Below are positions 9,547-22,471 of a DNA stretch of 64,000 nt, piece after piece. The translations under genes and the position numbers were made by a program. Location of the stretch: the sequence record DRR723986_5034. One strand, 5' to 3'. Within the stretch, counting starts at the first letter, position 1; each line of letters opens with the position of its first letter. Below the pieces are notes generated by a model that saw only the letters and a list, made by a program, of their open reading frames with translations, was not told where the DNA came from and did no database searches.

Positions 9547-10893
9547 ATGACAACGCAAAGCAACAGCCCTTTGGGCGCAGACGGAAAAGCAAACAATCTT
9601 GACGCTTACTGGATGCCGTTCACGGCAAACCGACAGTTCAAGGCAAATCCGCGTATGGTTGTTGGTGCTGACCGTATGCATTTCAAACTGTCCGATGGCC
9701 GCGAGCTGATGGATGGCATTGCCGGGTTGTGGTGCTGCAATGCTGGCCACAACCGACCCCGCATTGTTGAAGCCATTCAAAAGCAAGCCGCAGAGCTGGA
9801 TTACTCCCCCGCATTCCAAATGGGCCACCATAAACAATTTGAGCTGGCCAGCCGCTTGGCCCGCATGATGCCCGGCGACCTGAACAAGATATTTTTCACC
9901 AACTCCGGATCTGAATCTGTAGAAACCGCGCTGAAAATGGCGATTGCCTATCACCGCGCCCGAGGAGAAGGCCACCGCACGCGCTTAATAGGCCGGGAAA
10001 AAGGCTATCACGGTGTGAACTTTGGTGGCATGTCGGTCGGCGGCATGCCTGCTAACCGCAAAATGTTCGGCTCGCTGGTCAACGGCGTTGATCATTTGCG
10101 CCACACCCACGGCATTGAAGAAAACCGTTTCTCGCGCGGCCAACCCGCACACGGCGCTGACCTGGCCGACGATCTGATACGCCTATGTGAATTGCATGAC
10201 CCGTCTACCATCGCCGCCGTAATTGTTGAGCCTTTAGCCGGATCAGCCGGGGTCATCGTCCCGCCTATTGGATACCTGAAGCGCTTGCGCGAAATATGCG
10301 ACCAACACGGCATCTTGCTCATATTCGATGAAGTTATCACAGCTTTTGGGCGGCTGGGCACACCGTTTGCGGCCAACTATTTTGATGTAATCCCTGACAT
10401 TACCGCCACCGCCAAAGCACTCGCCAACGGGGTTATCCCCATGGGCGCTGTTTTTGTTCAGGACAAAATTTATGACGCCTTCATGCAAGGCCCGGAGAAT
10501 ATGGTCGAATTTTTCCACGGCTATACTTTTTCCGGAAATCCTATGGCCTGCGCGGCGGCACTTGGCACGCTCGACACGTATGAAGAAGACGGCTTGCTGA
10601 ACCGCGGCACTGAGTTAGGCGGTTACTGGGAAGACGCAGTGCATAGCCTGAAAGACCTACCCAATGTTATAGACTTAAGGAATATGGGTCTTATAGCGGG
10701 CATTGAGCTGGAGCCAAGACCCGGCGCGCCCACAGCCCGCGCATTTGATGCATTCTTAAAGGCGTATGAGGCCGGGCTGCTTATTCGCACAACTGGCGAT
10801 ACGATCGCCCTTTCCCCGCCGTTAATCATTGAAAAAAGCCATATTGATTTCGCATTTGACACCCTACGCACGATCATCAAGTCACTAGATTAG
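9547..10893 (+). CDS. Beta-alanine/omega-amino acid--pyruvate aminotransferase (class III PLP)
   Basis: YWMPFTANRQF, GLWCCNAGH, FTNSGSES, FDEVITAFGRLG, TAKAL. Lies in the pyrimidine/beta-alanine operon. Confidence 0.9.
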   Translation: MTTQSNSPLGADGKANNLDAYWMPFTANRQFKANPRMVVGADRMHFKLSDGRELMDGIAGLWCCNAGHNRPRIVEAIQKQAAELDYSPAFQMGHHKQFELASRLARMMPGDLNKIFFTNSGSESVETALKMAIAYHRARGEGHRTRLIGREKGYHGVNFGGMSVGGMPANRKMFGSLVNGVDHLRHTHGIEENRFSRGQPAHGADLADDLIRLCELHDPSTIAAVIVEPLAGSAGVIVPPIGYLKRLREICDQHGILLIFDEVITAFGRLGTPFAANYFDVIPDITATAKALANGVIPMGAVFVQDKIYDAFMQGPENMVEFFHGYTFSGNPMACAAALGTLDTYEEDGLLNRGTELGGYWEDAVHSLKDLPNVIDLRNMGLIAGIELEPRPGAPTARAFDAFLKAYEAGLLIRTTGDTIALSPPLIIEKSHIDFAFDTLRTIIKSLD

Positions 10894-10901
10894 GAACAGC
10901 T

Positions 10902-12398
10902 ATGACCCGCATAGATCACATCATTGACGGCAAGCGCACTTCTGGTGCTAGCACATCGGTTGCTGCGGTGTATAACCCGGCCACAGGGGAACAAGTTTCT
11001 GATGTGGTGATGGGCGATGCGATAGACATCAACTCGGCCGTTGAAAGTGCCAAAGCAGCTTTTGCCAAATGGTCTTCGACACCCCCAGCAAAACGTGCGC
11101 GTGTGATGTTCCGGCTGCGGGATATTCTGGAAGCTCGTGCTGATGAAGTGGCCCGCACCATATCTGCTGAACATGGCAAAACCCATGATGATGCATTGGG
11201 CGAAGTTACCCGCGCCCTTGAAGTTGTGGAATATGCCTGCGGTATTCCGGAAAAGCTGAAAGGCAGCTTCAGCCGCGATGTCGGACCCGGCATTGATAGC
11301 TGCGATGAACGCCAACCGCTGGGTGTAGTGGCGGGCGTTACACCGTTTAACTTCCCTGCGATGGTGCCCTTATGGATGATCCCCATGGCGCTGGCTTGCG
11401 GTAACACATTTGTTCTAAAACCATCTGAGCGTGACCCGTCCAGCGCTAATTTGGTGCATGACCTGTTTGCAGAGGCCGGGCTACCCGATGGCGTTTTGAA
11501 TGTTGTGCACGGCGGTAAGGATGCAGTTGATGCGTTGCTTGATCATGCAGATGTGCAGGCCATTAGTTTTGTCGGCTCTACCCCGGTGGCTGAATATATT
11601 TACAGCCGTGGTTGCACAGCCGGCAAGCGCGTGCAAGCACTGGGCGGCGCAAAAAACCATATGATCATCCTGCCAGACGCCGACATTGACCAAGCCGCTG
11701 ACGCCCTAATGGGTGCGGGCTTCGGCTCGGCAGGAGAGCGCTGCATGGCGGTGAGTGTTGCTGTCCCGGTTGGAGAGGAAACCGCAAATAAATTGGTTGA
11801 AAAACTAGCCCCTCAGGTGCGCGCCCTTAAAATTGGCCCGAGCACCGACAGCGAAGCTGAAATGGGGCCAGTAATTACTCGCGATGCACAGGAACGCATC
11901 GAAGGCCTCATCACGGCAGGAGAAAGTGAAGGTGCGGATGTTGTGGTTGATGGCCGTGGCCACAAACTGCAGGGCTATGAAAGTGGCTTCTGGGTTGGCG
12001 GCACTTTGCTGGACCGAGTAACGCCGGAAATGAGCGTCTACAAGCAGGAAATTTTTGGCCCCGTGTTAAGTGTATTGCGCGCGAAAAGTTACAATGAGGC
12101 CGTCGGGCTGATAAACGCCCACGAATACGGCAACGGCACGGCAATCTTTACCCGAGACGGTGATGCGGCTCGGGATTTCGCCGCAAAAATTCAGGTCGGT
12201 ATGGTGGGCATCAATGTGCCTATACCTGTGCCTGTCGCTTACCATAGCTTTGGCGGCTGGAAGCGATCCATCTTTGGGGCGCACGGTATATATGGTCCTG
12301 AAACCGTTCATTTTTACACACGGCTGAAAACAGTTACATCACGCTGGCCTACTGGCATCCGGTCAGGCGCAGAATTTACTTTCCCCAGCATGGGGTAA
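10902..12398 (+). CDS. mmsA: CoA-acylating (methyl)malonate-semialdehyde dehydrogenase
   Basis: TPFNFPAM, KPSERDP, SFVGST, GGAKNH, GERCMA, EIFGPV, GINVPIPVP. Confidence 0.93.
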   Translation: MTRIDHIIDGKRTSGASTSVAAVYNPATGEQVSDVVMGDAIDINSAVESAKAAFAKWSSTPPAKRARVMFRLRDILEARADEVARTISAEHGKTHDDALGEVTRALEVVEYACGIPEKLKGSFSRDVGPGIDSCDERQPLGVVAGVTPFNFPAMVPLWMIPMALACGNTFVLKPSERDPSSANLVHDLFAEAGLPDGVLNVVHGGKDAVDALLDHADVQAISFVGSTPVAEYIYSRGCTAGKRVQALGGAKNHMIILPDADIDQAADALMGAGFGSAGERCMAVSVAVPVGEETANKLVEKLAPQVRALKIGPSTDSEAEMGPVITRDAQERIEGLITAGESEGADVVVDGRGHKLQGYESGFWVGGTLLDRVTPEMSVYKQEIFGPVLSVLRAKSYNEAVGLINAHEYGNGTAIFTRDGDAARDFAAKIQVGMVGINVPIPVPVAYHSFGGWKRSIFGAHGIYGPETVHFYTRLKTVTSRWPTGIRSGAEFTFPSMG

Positions 12399-12425
12399 TC
12401 CTGAAAAGGACAGAGGAGAAGAATA

Positions 12426-13310
12426 ATGGCAATGAATAGTAGTGCAACACTGCGCGGCGGACTTATACAAATGTCGCTTAAGGCATCAACCGATAACGAC
12501 CCGGAAACCATCCGCAAGGCAATGATCGAAGCCCACATTCCGATGATTGAAGAAGCCGGCGAAAAAGGTGTGCAGGTTCTGTGTTTTCAGGAAGTATTCA
12601 CCCAGCCGTATTTCTGCCCCAGCCAAGACGAAAAATGGTATGAAAGCGCCGAGCCAATTCCTGGCGGCCCCACTACCACACTGATGCAGGAATATGCCAA
12701 GAAGTACAAAATGGTGATCGTGGTTCCAATTTATGAACGCGATAACGTCACTGGCGTTTATTACAACACAGCTGCTGTAATTGATGCTGATGGAAGCTAT
12801 CTAGGCAAATACCGCAAAACCCACATTCCGCAGGTTGCCGGCTTCTGGGAAAAGTTTTTCTTCAAACCCGGCGCATCCAATTGGCCGGTTTTTGAAACAC
12901 AATATTGCAAACTGGGCGTTTACATTTGCTACGACCGTCACTTCCCTGAAGGATGGCGAGCGCTAGCACTAAACGGTGCTGAGTATATCGTTAACCCCTC
13001 CGCCACTGTGGCCGGACTATCGGAATATCTGTGGAAATTGGAACAACCGGCATCCGCCGCTGCCAATGGCTGCTGGATTGGGGCTATCAACCGGGTGGGT
13101 ACTGAAGGACCGTGGGATATTGGCGAATTTTACGGTCAGAGCTATTTTGTGAATCCTCGCGGACAAATTGAGGCTGAAGCCAGTCGTGACAAGGACGAGC
13201 TGATCATCCATGATATGGATATGAGTATGGTTGCCAAAGTGCGCAACAACTGGCAGTTTTTCCGGGACAGACGCCCCAGCACCTACGGCCGGTTGGTCGA
13301 GGGCGAATAG
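12426..13310 (+). CDS. Nitrilase-superfamily hydrolase, probable beta-ureidopropionase
   Basis: Glu-Lys-Cys triad motifs FQEVF, YRKTHIP, ICYDRHFPE. Fills the only otherwise missing step of the reductive pathway in this operon. Confidence 0.82.
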   Translation: MAMNSSATLRGGLIQMSLKASTDNDPETIRKAMIEAHIPMIEEAGEKGVQVLCFQEVFTQPYFCPSQDEKWYESAEPIPGGPTTTLMQEYAKKYKMVIVVPIYERDNVTGVYYNTAAVIDADGSYLGKYRKTHIPQVAGFWEKFFFKPGASNWPVFETQYCKLGVYICYDRHFPEGWRALALNGAEYIVNPSATVAGLSEYLWKLEQPASAAANGCWIGAINRVGTEGPWDIGEFYGQSYFVNPRGQIEAEASRDKDELIIHDMDMSMVAKVRNNWQFFRDRRPSTYGRLVEGE

Positions 13311-13355
13311 ATTAAGGCCTAAAACTATGGGCAGGGCTTAAAAATTGGGGAAAAT

Positions 13356-16236
<2,881 letters not shown>

Positions 16237-16239
16237 AGT

Positions 16240-16274
16240 AAAGCGCCCGACATTGCCGAGCGCGCTCTTTCTTT
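16240..16274. terminator. Possible intrinsic terminator between convergent hydA and S9 peptidase
   Basis: GCGCCCG-N7-CGAGCGC imperfect stem (G-U pair on the minus strand), flanked by AAA and TCTTTCTTT. Confidence 0.4.
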
Positions 16275-16280
16275 GTGCGG

Positions 16281-18443
16281 CTAAAAGTTGAGCACACGTT
16301 TAAGAAACATCAACTGAACCGCAGCATTCTTAGCAATGCCTTCAGGGTTACTGCCGTAGTTATGGCCCGTTTCCGGCATCATTCTAAAAAGTATAGGCTG
16401 GTCACATGTCTGGGCTTCCTGCATCGCTGCGGCCAGCTTCAAGCCGTGGAATGGCAGAACTACACGGTCAATTTCACCCACCATAACCAAACTTGGCATG
16501 CGGCAGCCTTTCTCCTGCGCCAAATGATAAGGCGACTGGCCAATGATTGCCCTCGCCTCTGCCTCAATTTCCAAAGACCCATATTCTTCGGTTAAGAGAG
16601 CACCATTGCCATGCAATGATACGCGCACCATGTCAGCAACAGGGTAATCAATGGTGCTGGCAGCAAAAAGATCATTGTGTCGAATAGCCGCTATACCGGC
16701 CAGCGGCCCACTTGCGCTAGAGCCGTTTGCTGCCAGTTTCTTTCGGTTGGAATAGCCGTTATCAACCAGCCACTGACCGGCAGCGACAAAATCATCAATG
16801 GCGTTTTGCCGATTTTGCTTGATACCGGCCTGATGCCATTCAGCCCCATATTCACCACCGCCCCTGATGGCGGGCATGGCATATACGCCGCCCATTTCCA
16901 TCCAGTGCAAAATATGCGGCTGATAAAACAAGAAACTCACCCACTTATGCATGCCGTAACCATACATGAGGGCCGGGTTGTTGCCGTCTAGCTGGGTGGA
17001 CTTATGCCGCGCTACATACATCGGCACGCGCGTGCCATCTTTACTGGTGTAGAACACATGCTCAATAATAAAATCATCCGGGTTAACGGGAATCGGTGGC
17101 TCAAATTCTCGCTTTATAACGCCGGTTGGCACATCCACAGTATTGACCTCAGACGGTGCCAGTGCGCTTAAGGTGCTTATGGTTACTTTTTGGTCGCCAG
17201 CACTGCCTTGAATACCGCCCCAAATGGTTTTACCAGGGTCCAGCTCAAGGACATACTGAAATGCGCCTGAGTGATCAAAAACTGACACTTCCGGCACGCC
17301 GTCTTGCAAATATCCAATCAATATATGGCCGTCTGCATAACCAATAATATCGCCGCCAGCGCTGCTGCCAACCAGCATTGAACGATCAGATTCAGGAACA
17401 ACCTCAACAAGCTTTTCTGGCTGGTCCAGATCAACATAAATTACCCGTCCATTGGGTGCATTATGATTGGTTTGAAAGAAAAGCCTGTTTCCTTGATCAC
17501 CCAAAAACCGGAACTGGCTACCAAGGCCCAAAAATAGTTCGCCTATAGGCTTGGTTAAGTCTTTAGTAGAATAAATGAGATAGGTGTTTTTGGCCTCCAG
17601 TCCTTCACGGCTATTGATCACAAGATACTTGCCGTTAGCGGAAACATACGGCGTATAGATTACCCGGTCGCCGTCGACTTGCTCAATAATGGCTGTATCT
17701 TCAGACTGCTGGGTGCCCAGCCTATGGAAATACAAGCCAAGCTGTTGGTTGCGGGTACCAGTGCCCTCTTCAACCGGCACAGACTTTGAGCGATAATAAT
17801 AAAAGCCACTGGCATCAGCAGCCCAAACAACGCTCAACAAACCGTGACCAACCTCATTTATCACTTCCGGTAGATGAAGACCGGACCTTTGGTCAATTAT
17901 TCTCAGCTTACCTTGAACCGAAACCCCGTCGTTGTAACCATAAATAACAAAATTACCCGCCCTATCCGGCCAGTGAGCACCGCCAAAGTTGGGTCCGGCA
18001 ATATAGGTCTGCTCCAAATCTTCATCAGGGACATCCTCCGAAGCGAGAATTAGTCTGTCAACGCTGCCTTCTTTCATGCGCAACTCTAATGACGAACTAG
18101 ATTGTTTTCTCTTCAGGTAAAAAAGCCTTTTCCCCCGCACTTTAGCACCAAAGTTCAAATCAAAGTTAGACAGCTCAAAAATACGGGCGCGCATGGCCTC
18201 ATACTCTGACCCCTCGGTAAAATTGGCTGTTAACGCAGTTTGCCTGGCAACCCATTCAGCAACCCGCTCAGACTTGGCGTCTTCCATCCAGCGGAAAGGG
18301 TCATTAACCTCCATACCGAAAATAACTTGTTTCGTATCAGCATGGCCCCGCTGCGCATTCGCCGAAACAGGTGAACTCGCTATGGCGAAACCAGTCGCAA
18401 GGGCAATTACCGGCATTAAAAACCGAATTCCTCTTTGTCTCAT
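16281..18443 (-). CDS. Secreted prolyl-oligopeptidase-family (S9A-like) serine peptidase
   Basis: Signal peptide, DPFRWMED, beta-propeller region, YTSKDGTRVPM, IRGGGEYGAEWH, and catalytic Ser/Asp/His regions GSSASG, IDRVV, TGHN. Confidence 0.88.
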   Translation of the reverse strand: MRQRGIRFLMPVIALATGFAIASSPVSANAQRGHADTKQVIFGMEVNDPFRWMEDAKSERVAEWVARQTALTANFTEGSEYEAMRARIFELSNFDLNFGAKVRGKRLFYLKRKQSSSSLELRMKEGSVDRLILASEDVPDEDLEQTYIAGPNFGGAHWPDRAGNFVIYGYNDGVSVQGKLRIIDQRSGLHLPEVINEVGHGLLSVVWAADASGFYYYRSKSVPVEEGTGTRNQQLGLYFHRLGTQQSEDTAIIEQVDGDRVIYTPYVSANGKYLVINSREGLEAKNTYLIYSTKDLTKPIGELFLGLGSQFRFLGDQGNRLFFQTNHNAPNGRVIYVDLDQPEKLVEVVPESDRSMLVGSSAGGDIIGYADGHILIGYLQDGVPEVSVFDHSGAFQYVLELDPGKTIWGGIQGSAGDQKVTISTLSALAPSEVNTVDVPTGVIKREFEPPIPVNPDDFIIEHVFYTSKDGTRVPMYVARHKSTQLDGNNPALMYGYGMHKWVSFLFYQPHILHWMEMGGVYAMPAIRGGGEYGAEWHQAGIKQNRQNAIDDFVAAGQWLVDNGYSNRKKLAANGSSASGPLAGIAAIRHNDLFAASTIDYPVADMVRVSLHGNGALLTEEYGSLEIEAEARAIIGQSPYHLAQEKGCRMPSLVMVGEIDRVVLPFHGLKLAAAMQEAQTCDQPILFRMMPETGHNYGSNPEGIAKNAAVQLMFLKRVLNF

Positions 18444-18514
18444 TGTTTTTCCTTTTTCTGTGACAAGAAATGATAAAACCACCTAAATTACTTGGCAGGT
18501 TTCAGAGTATTTGA

Positions 18515-18553
18515 CTTGAAAACTGCCTGAAATTTACCTGAAGATTTCCTGAA
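18515..18553. promoter_or_regulatory. Four tandem direct repeats at exact 11-bp period (probable winged-helix regulator sites)
   Basis: CTTGAA (18515), CCTGAA (18526), CCTGAA (18537), CCTGAA (18548) in the divergent intergenic region. Confidence 0.75.
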
Positions 18554-18591
18554 GGTTTTGGACTAGCCAAACGAATGCGCTAGAAGAAGCC

Positions 18592-20640
18592 ATGCAAAAT
18601 TCTTTTCATATTGGTGATTGGTTGGTTGAGCCTCAGCTCAATCGAATAACCGGCAAACGGCAGCAACAGGCTCTTGAACCACGGCTCATGCGGCTTTTGG
18701 TTTTACTGGCGGAAACACCGCAAGAATTGGTCACAAAAGACGACATTCTCGATACGGTATGGCACGGCCTTTCCGTTACTGATGAAAGCTTATCCCAGGC
18801 CATATCCAAGCTGCGCAAACTGCTTGACGATGACCCAGAAGCGCCGATTTATATCGAGACTATTCGCAAAAAAGGCTACCGGCTTGTGGCCAAAGTTAGG
18901 CCTGTGACTAAGGGCAAAACGGCACGTAAGAACTTATGGCGTTTAGTATCAGTATGCGTTGCGGCAACATTCAGCATAATTGCATACAATTGGCCCGATT
19001 CACAAACTACCGAAACACCTGTTGATTTCAAATTTTTACCGTCCAATCCTGTAACCAGTTCTCTTGGTCGAGAGAGAGACCCGTCTATATCGGAGGACGG
19101 CAGCTTTTTCGTTTATTCAAAGCAAGTAACCGAGAATGCACCGCAAATATTTTTACATGGTATTAGCCGCGGCACTGCAGACCGCCAAATCACCCGTGTT
19201 GGTGCCAACTTTGCCCCGGTGGTAATGCCCGGCTCTCTGTCTGTGCTGTTTTTGCGCAAAAGCGCAGAGGCTTGCACTGTCATTCTCTCCTCGCTCATTG
19301 ACGGCGCAGAACGTAGTTTGGGCAGCTGCCAAGGCAACAGCTATCCTGACACTACTGTTTCACCCGATGGTCAGTTTGTTGCCTTCAGCCGCAACGGCGC
19401 GCCGGGCAGCCCGCACGCCATTTTCATGATGGATGTCGGAGACGGCAACGCAGTGCCTACATCAAAACCCCCGGCAGGAATATGGGGCGATTATGATCCT
19501 GTTTTCTCACACGACGGAAAAAGCCTGTATTTTGCACGCTCTGTTTCTGAGGCAATGCAAGACATTTACCGGCTTAACTTAACAACGGGCTTGGAAACCC
19601 GCCTAACGCACGATGGGCGCAACATCATGGGATTAGCTCGTGCAGGTGATAGAATATTATTCTCCAGTAACCGCGATGGGCGCTATGCACTTTGGGCGCT
19701 TAATCAAAGTGACACCCTTGTCCGCCTGCCCATCTCACAAACTGGCATTATAAACGCCTCCGCAAGCGGCACTGGCAATCGAATAATTTTTGAAGCCATT
19801 GAAAGAATGACTGCGCTGCACAAAGTGGAGCCTAACGGACAAGAGGGCCGGGAAAACCTCTTCCAATTTAATGCCGAACTTTTGCACCCAGCAGCAAACC
19901 CCGCCTTCACAAAAATGGCTTTTTCTTCCAATCGTTCCGGTTTTTTTGAAATTTGGTCAGCTGATACAAACGGCCAGAACTTAACCCGCTTAACAGATTT
20001 CAGGGCAGGCTTTACCGCACACCCCCGGTACTCCTCCGATGGCAGGCGCATAGCCTTTGATGCCAGGCTAAGCAATAGCGCCCAAATATTCACGATGGAC
20101 GCAGACGGGCAAAATATAACCGCTGTTATCCCCCGCGACCAGATTGACCGATATGCACCAAGCTGGACACCAGACGGCGACAACCTTGTATATACGCGTG
20201 AAAAAAACGGCCAGCTTGACCTTTGGCAGCTAGATTTAAATACCGGCATTGAAAGCCAGCTTACCACCACCGGCGGCACTTTCGGGCTTATGCTCGCTGA
20301 CGGGTCATTGTATCATACCCGGCCAAATGTGCAGGGTATTTGGCGCCTTCAACCGGGCGCGGCCAAGCCCCATTTAGTGATAAAAGATGTTGAATTCTCA
20401 GATTGGGGTAACTGGACAACAGACGGTATTCATCTTCGCTATTTCGACCGGAAAAATAGCGTTCTAAAATCATTCAATATTGCAGATGGAACATCGAAGA
20501 GTATCGCACCAATTGAGGGATATGTGCCAACCGCAGACCCGGCTGTAGGGTTTGGATCAGCAGCCGATGCTGCGCTTTATGTTATACGCCAACGGCTTGA
20601 AAGCGATGTTGAATATGTTGATATTGGCCCGCCGCAATAA
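18592..20640 (+). CDS. CadC/ToxR-like transmembrane transcriptional regulator with periplasmic TolB/PD40 beta-propeller
   Basis: N-terminal OmpR-type wHTH (LEPRLMRLL..VW..SLSQAISKLRKLL..IETIRKKGYRL), one TM helix, then repeated PSISEDG/SPDG/PVFSHDG/SSNRSG/PSWTPDG blades. Confidence 0.88.
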   Translation: MQNSFHIGDWLVEPQLNRITGKRQQQALEPRLMRLLVLLAETPQELVTKDDILDTVWHGLSVTDESLSQAISKLRKLLDDDPEAPIYIETIRKKGYRLVAKVRPVTKGKTARKNLWRLVSVCVAATFSIIAYNWPDSQTTETPVDFKFLPSNPVTSSLGRERDPSISEDGSFFVYSKQVTENAPQIFLHGISRGTADRQITRVGANFAPVVMPGSLSVLFLRKSAEACTVILSSLIDGAERSLGSCQGNSYPDTTVSPDGQFVAFSRNGAPGSPHAIFMMDVGDGNAVPTSKPPAGIWGDYDPVFSHDGKSLYFARSVSEAMQDIYRLNLTTGLETRLTHDGRNIMGLARAGDRILFSSNRDGRYALWALNQSDTLVRLPISQTGIINASASGTGNRIIFEAIERMTALHKVEPNGQEGRENLFQFNAELLHPAANPAFTKMAFSSNRSGFFEIWSADTNGQNLTRLTDFRAGFTAHPRYSSDGRRIAFDARLSNSAQIFTMDADGQNITAVIPRDQIDRYAPSWTPDGDNLVYTREKNGQLDLWQLDLNTGIESQLTTTGGTFGLMLADGSLYHTRPNVQGIWRLQPGAAKPHLVIKDVEFSDWGNWTTDGIHLRYFDRKNSVLKSFNIADGTSKSIAPIEGYVPTADPAVGFGSAADAALYVIRQRLESDVEYVDIGPPQ

Positions 20641-20670
20641 GGCTAGCGGGCCGCGTGTTTTTGGTGGTGT

Positions 20671-22305
20671 CTACTTGCGTAAATAGCCCTTCATAGGGCC
20701 TGCAATTTCATCGCGTGCCTCTGCCGTTGGCAAATACTGCGGTTCAGCGCGAAGGTTGGTCCGCTGTTCATAGGCATACCCATAAGACAGCACTGCCGCG
20801 TCTTGGTCTTTTGCACCCATGAAGGAAAAGCCAACCGGCATACCGTGCACCGTGCCCATAGGCACACTCACATGGGGGTATCCGGCGATTGCTGCAATCC
20901 AGCCCGCACCCGGGAAGGAAGGCCAAACATCACCGTTGATGGCATCAATACGACCCGGCACGGGGCCAGAAGGTGACACCAGAATATCCACATTATGCTC
21001 AGCAAGCATGGCATCAATGCCGCCCGCACGGGTTGCATTTTGTACCTTGTCGCGTGCTTCAATGTAAGCAGCGTCATCAAGGCCCGGCAAAGGTGCAGAA
21101 ATATCAAAGATGCTCTGGTCATAAAGTGCAAGTTCAATGTCAGCATTCTCAATATTAAAGGCTATTAATTCTGCCAATGTGCGCGTTGCCACCGTGTCCG
21201 GTGTGCTTGCCAGGTAGTCGTTCAGGCCCGCTTTAAACTCATGGTAAAGCAGTTGACGTGAACTGGTACCAAAGTCTTCAACTGTCACTGGATTATCAGC
21301 AATTTCAACAACGGTTGCGCCGGCCGCTTCCAGTTCTGCAATCGCAGCATTAAACAAAGCAACAATGTCTGCATTAGAGCCCTCGGCAAAACGCATCACA
21401 CCAACACGCTTACCGTCCAGAATGCCCGCATCGAGCGCAGCAACATAATCTGTTTTCATATCGCCTGTTGCCATAGCATTCATCAACATGGCAGCGCCGC
21501 GTACAGTTTTTGTCATGGGGCCAGCCGTATCCTGCGACGATGAAATAGGTATGATATATTGCTGTGATACCAGACCAACTGTTGGCTTAAAGCCAACAAC
21601 GCCGTTCACGGTTGACGGGCAAATAACCGACCCATTGGTTTCTGTGCCAACTGTAGCTGCAGCCATTGATGCTGCTGCAGCTGCGCCCGAGCCAGAGCTG
21701 GAGCCACAGGGGTTGCGGTCCAACTGGTGCGGGTTACGCACTTGACCGCCAAGGGCTGTCCAACCGCTCATGCTGTCGTTAGAGCGAAAGTTTGCCCACT
21801 GGCTTAGGTTGGCCTTACCCAGAATAATCGCACCGGCATCGCGCAGCCCCGCAACAAGCGGAGAATCGCGGCCCGTAATATTGTCTTTAAGAGCAAGCGC
21901 ACCAGCCGTTGTTGCAATATTGTCTTTAGATTCGATGTTGTCTTTAAGAAGAATCGGCACCCCGTGCAGTGGACCCGCCAAATCACCCGCAGCGCGCCTG
22001 GCATCCAGGGCGCGAGCTTCTTCAAGGGCCGTCGGGTTCACGGATAATACACTTTGCAGTGTTGGTCCGGCACGATCGACATTTTCAATGCGCGCCAAAT
22101 AGGTCTTCACCATTTCTTCCGAGCTTACTTCACCGCTTTGCAGCGCGGCAGCAATTTCAGGTAAAGATTTGCTCGCCCACCCCGTTGGGACATACGAAAC
22201 CATGTCTTCCGCCATAGGCGTTTCGGTAGCACCATCAGTGCTGGTTTCAGGAGAACATGCTGCCAGCATGGCTGCTGCAACAGGAACAGAAATCCATTTG
22301 TTCAC
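20671..22305 (-). CDS. Amidase-signature family amidase, lipoprotein
   Basis: Lipobox LAAC. PILLKDNI, CGSSSGS, GTETNGSVICP. Confidence 0.9.
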   Translation of the reverse strand: MNKWISVPVAAAMLAACSPETSTDGATETPMAEDMVSYVPTGWASKSLPEIAAALQSGEVSSEEMVKTYLARIENVDRAGPTLQSVLSVNPTALEEARALDARRAAGDLAGPLHGVPILLKDNIESKDNIATTAGALALKDNITGRDSPLVAGLRDAGAIILGKANLSQWANFRSNDSMSGWTALGGQVRNPHQLDRNPCGSSSGSGAAAAASMAAATVGTETNGSVICPSTVNGVVGFKPTVGLVSQQYIIPISSSQDTAGPMTKTVRGAAMLMNAMATGDMKTDYVAALDAGILDGKRVGVMRFAEGSNADIVALFNAAIAELEAAGATVVEIADNPVTVEDFGTSSRQLLYHEFKAGLNDYLASTPDTVATRTLAELIAFNIENADIELALYDQSIFDISAPLPGLDDAAYIEARDKVQNATRAGGIDAMLAEHNVDILVSPSGPVPGRIDAINGDVWPSFPGAGWIAAIAGYPHVSVPMGTVHGMPVGFSFMGAKDQDAAVLSYGYAYEQRTNLRAEPQYLPTAEARDEIAGPMKGYLRK

Positions 22306-22471
22306 AACTCGAGCCTTTCTTTTTTAAACTGTGGAACCTTTTCAGCAATACCGACCCACCAAGGCAGATGGCTGAAATTGTTGAAACATTACGTATCTAA
22401 TAGCCAATGCTGACTGTAACGCCGACGCGGGCAATATGTAAAGAGAGGCTAAGGCGCGTATAGTTTTAAGG

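Noticed and set aside
13312-13341. Imperfect inverted repeat TTAAGGCCT..AGGGCTTAA between nitrilase and NCS1 genes
   Set aside because: Weak stem with a mismatch, long loop and no U-tract. At most a minor stability element.
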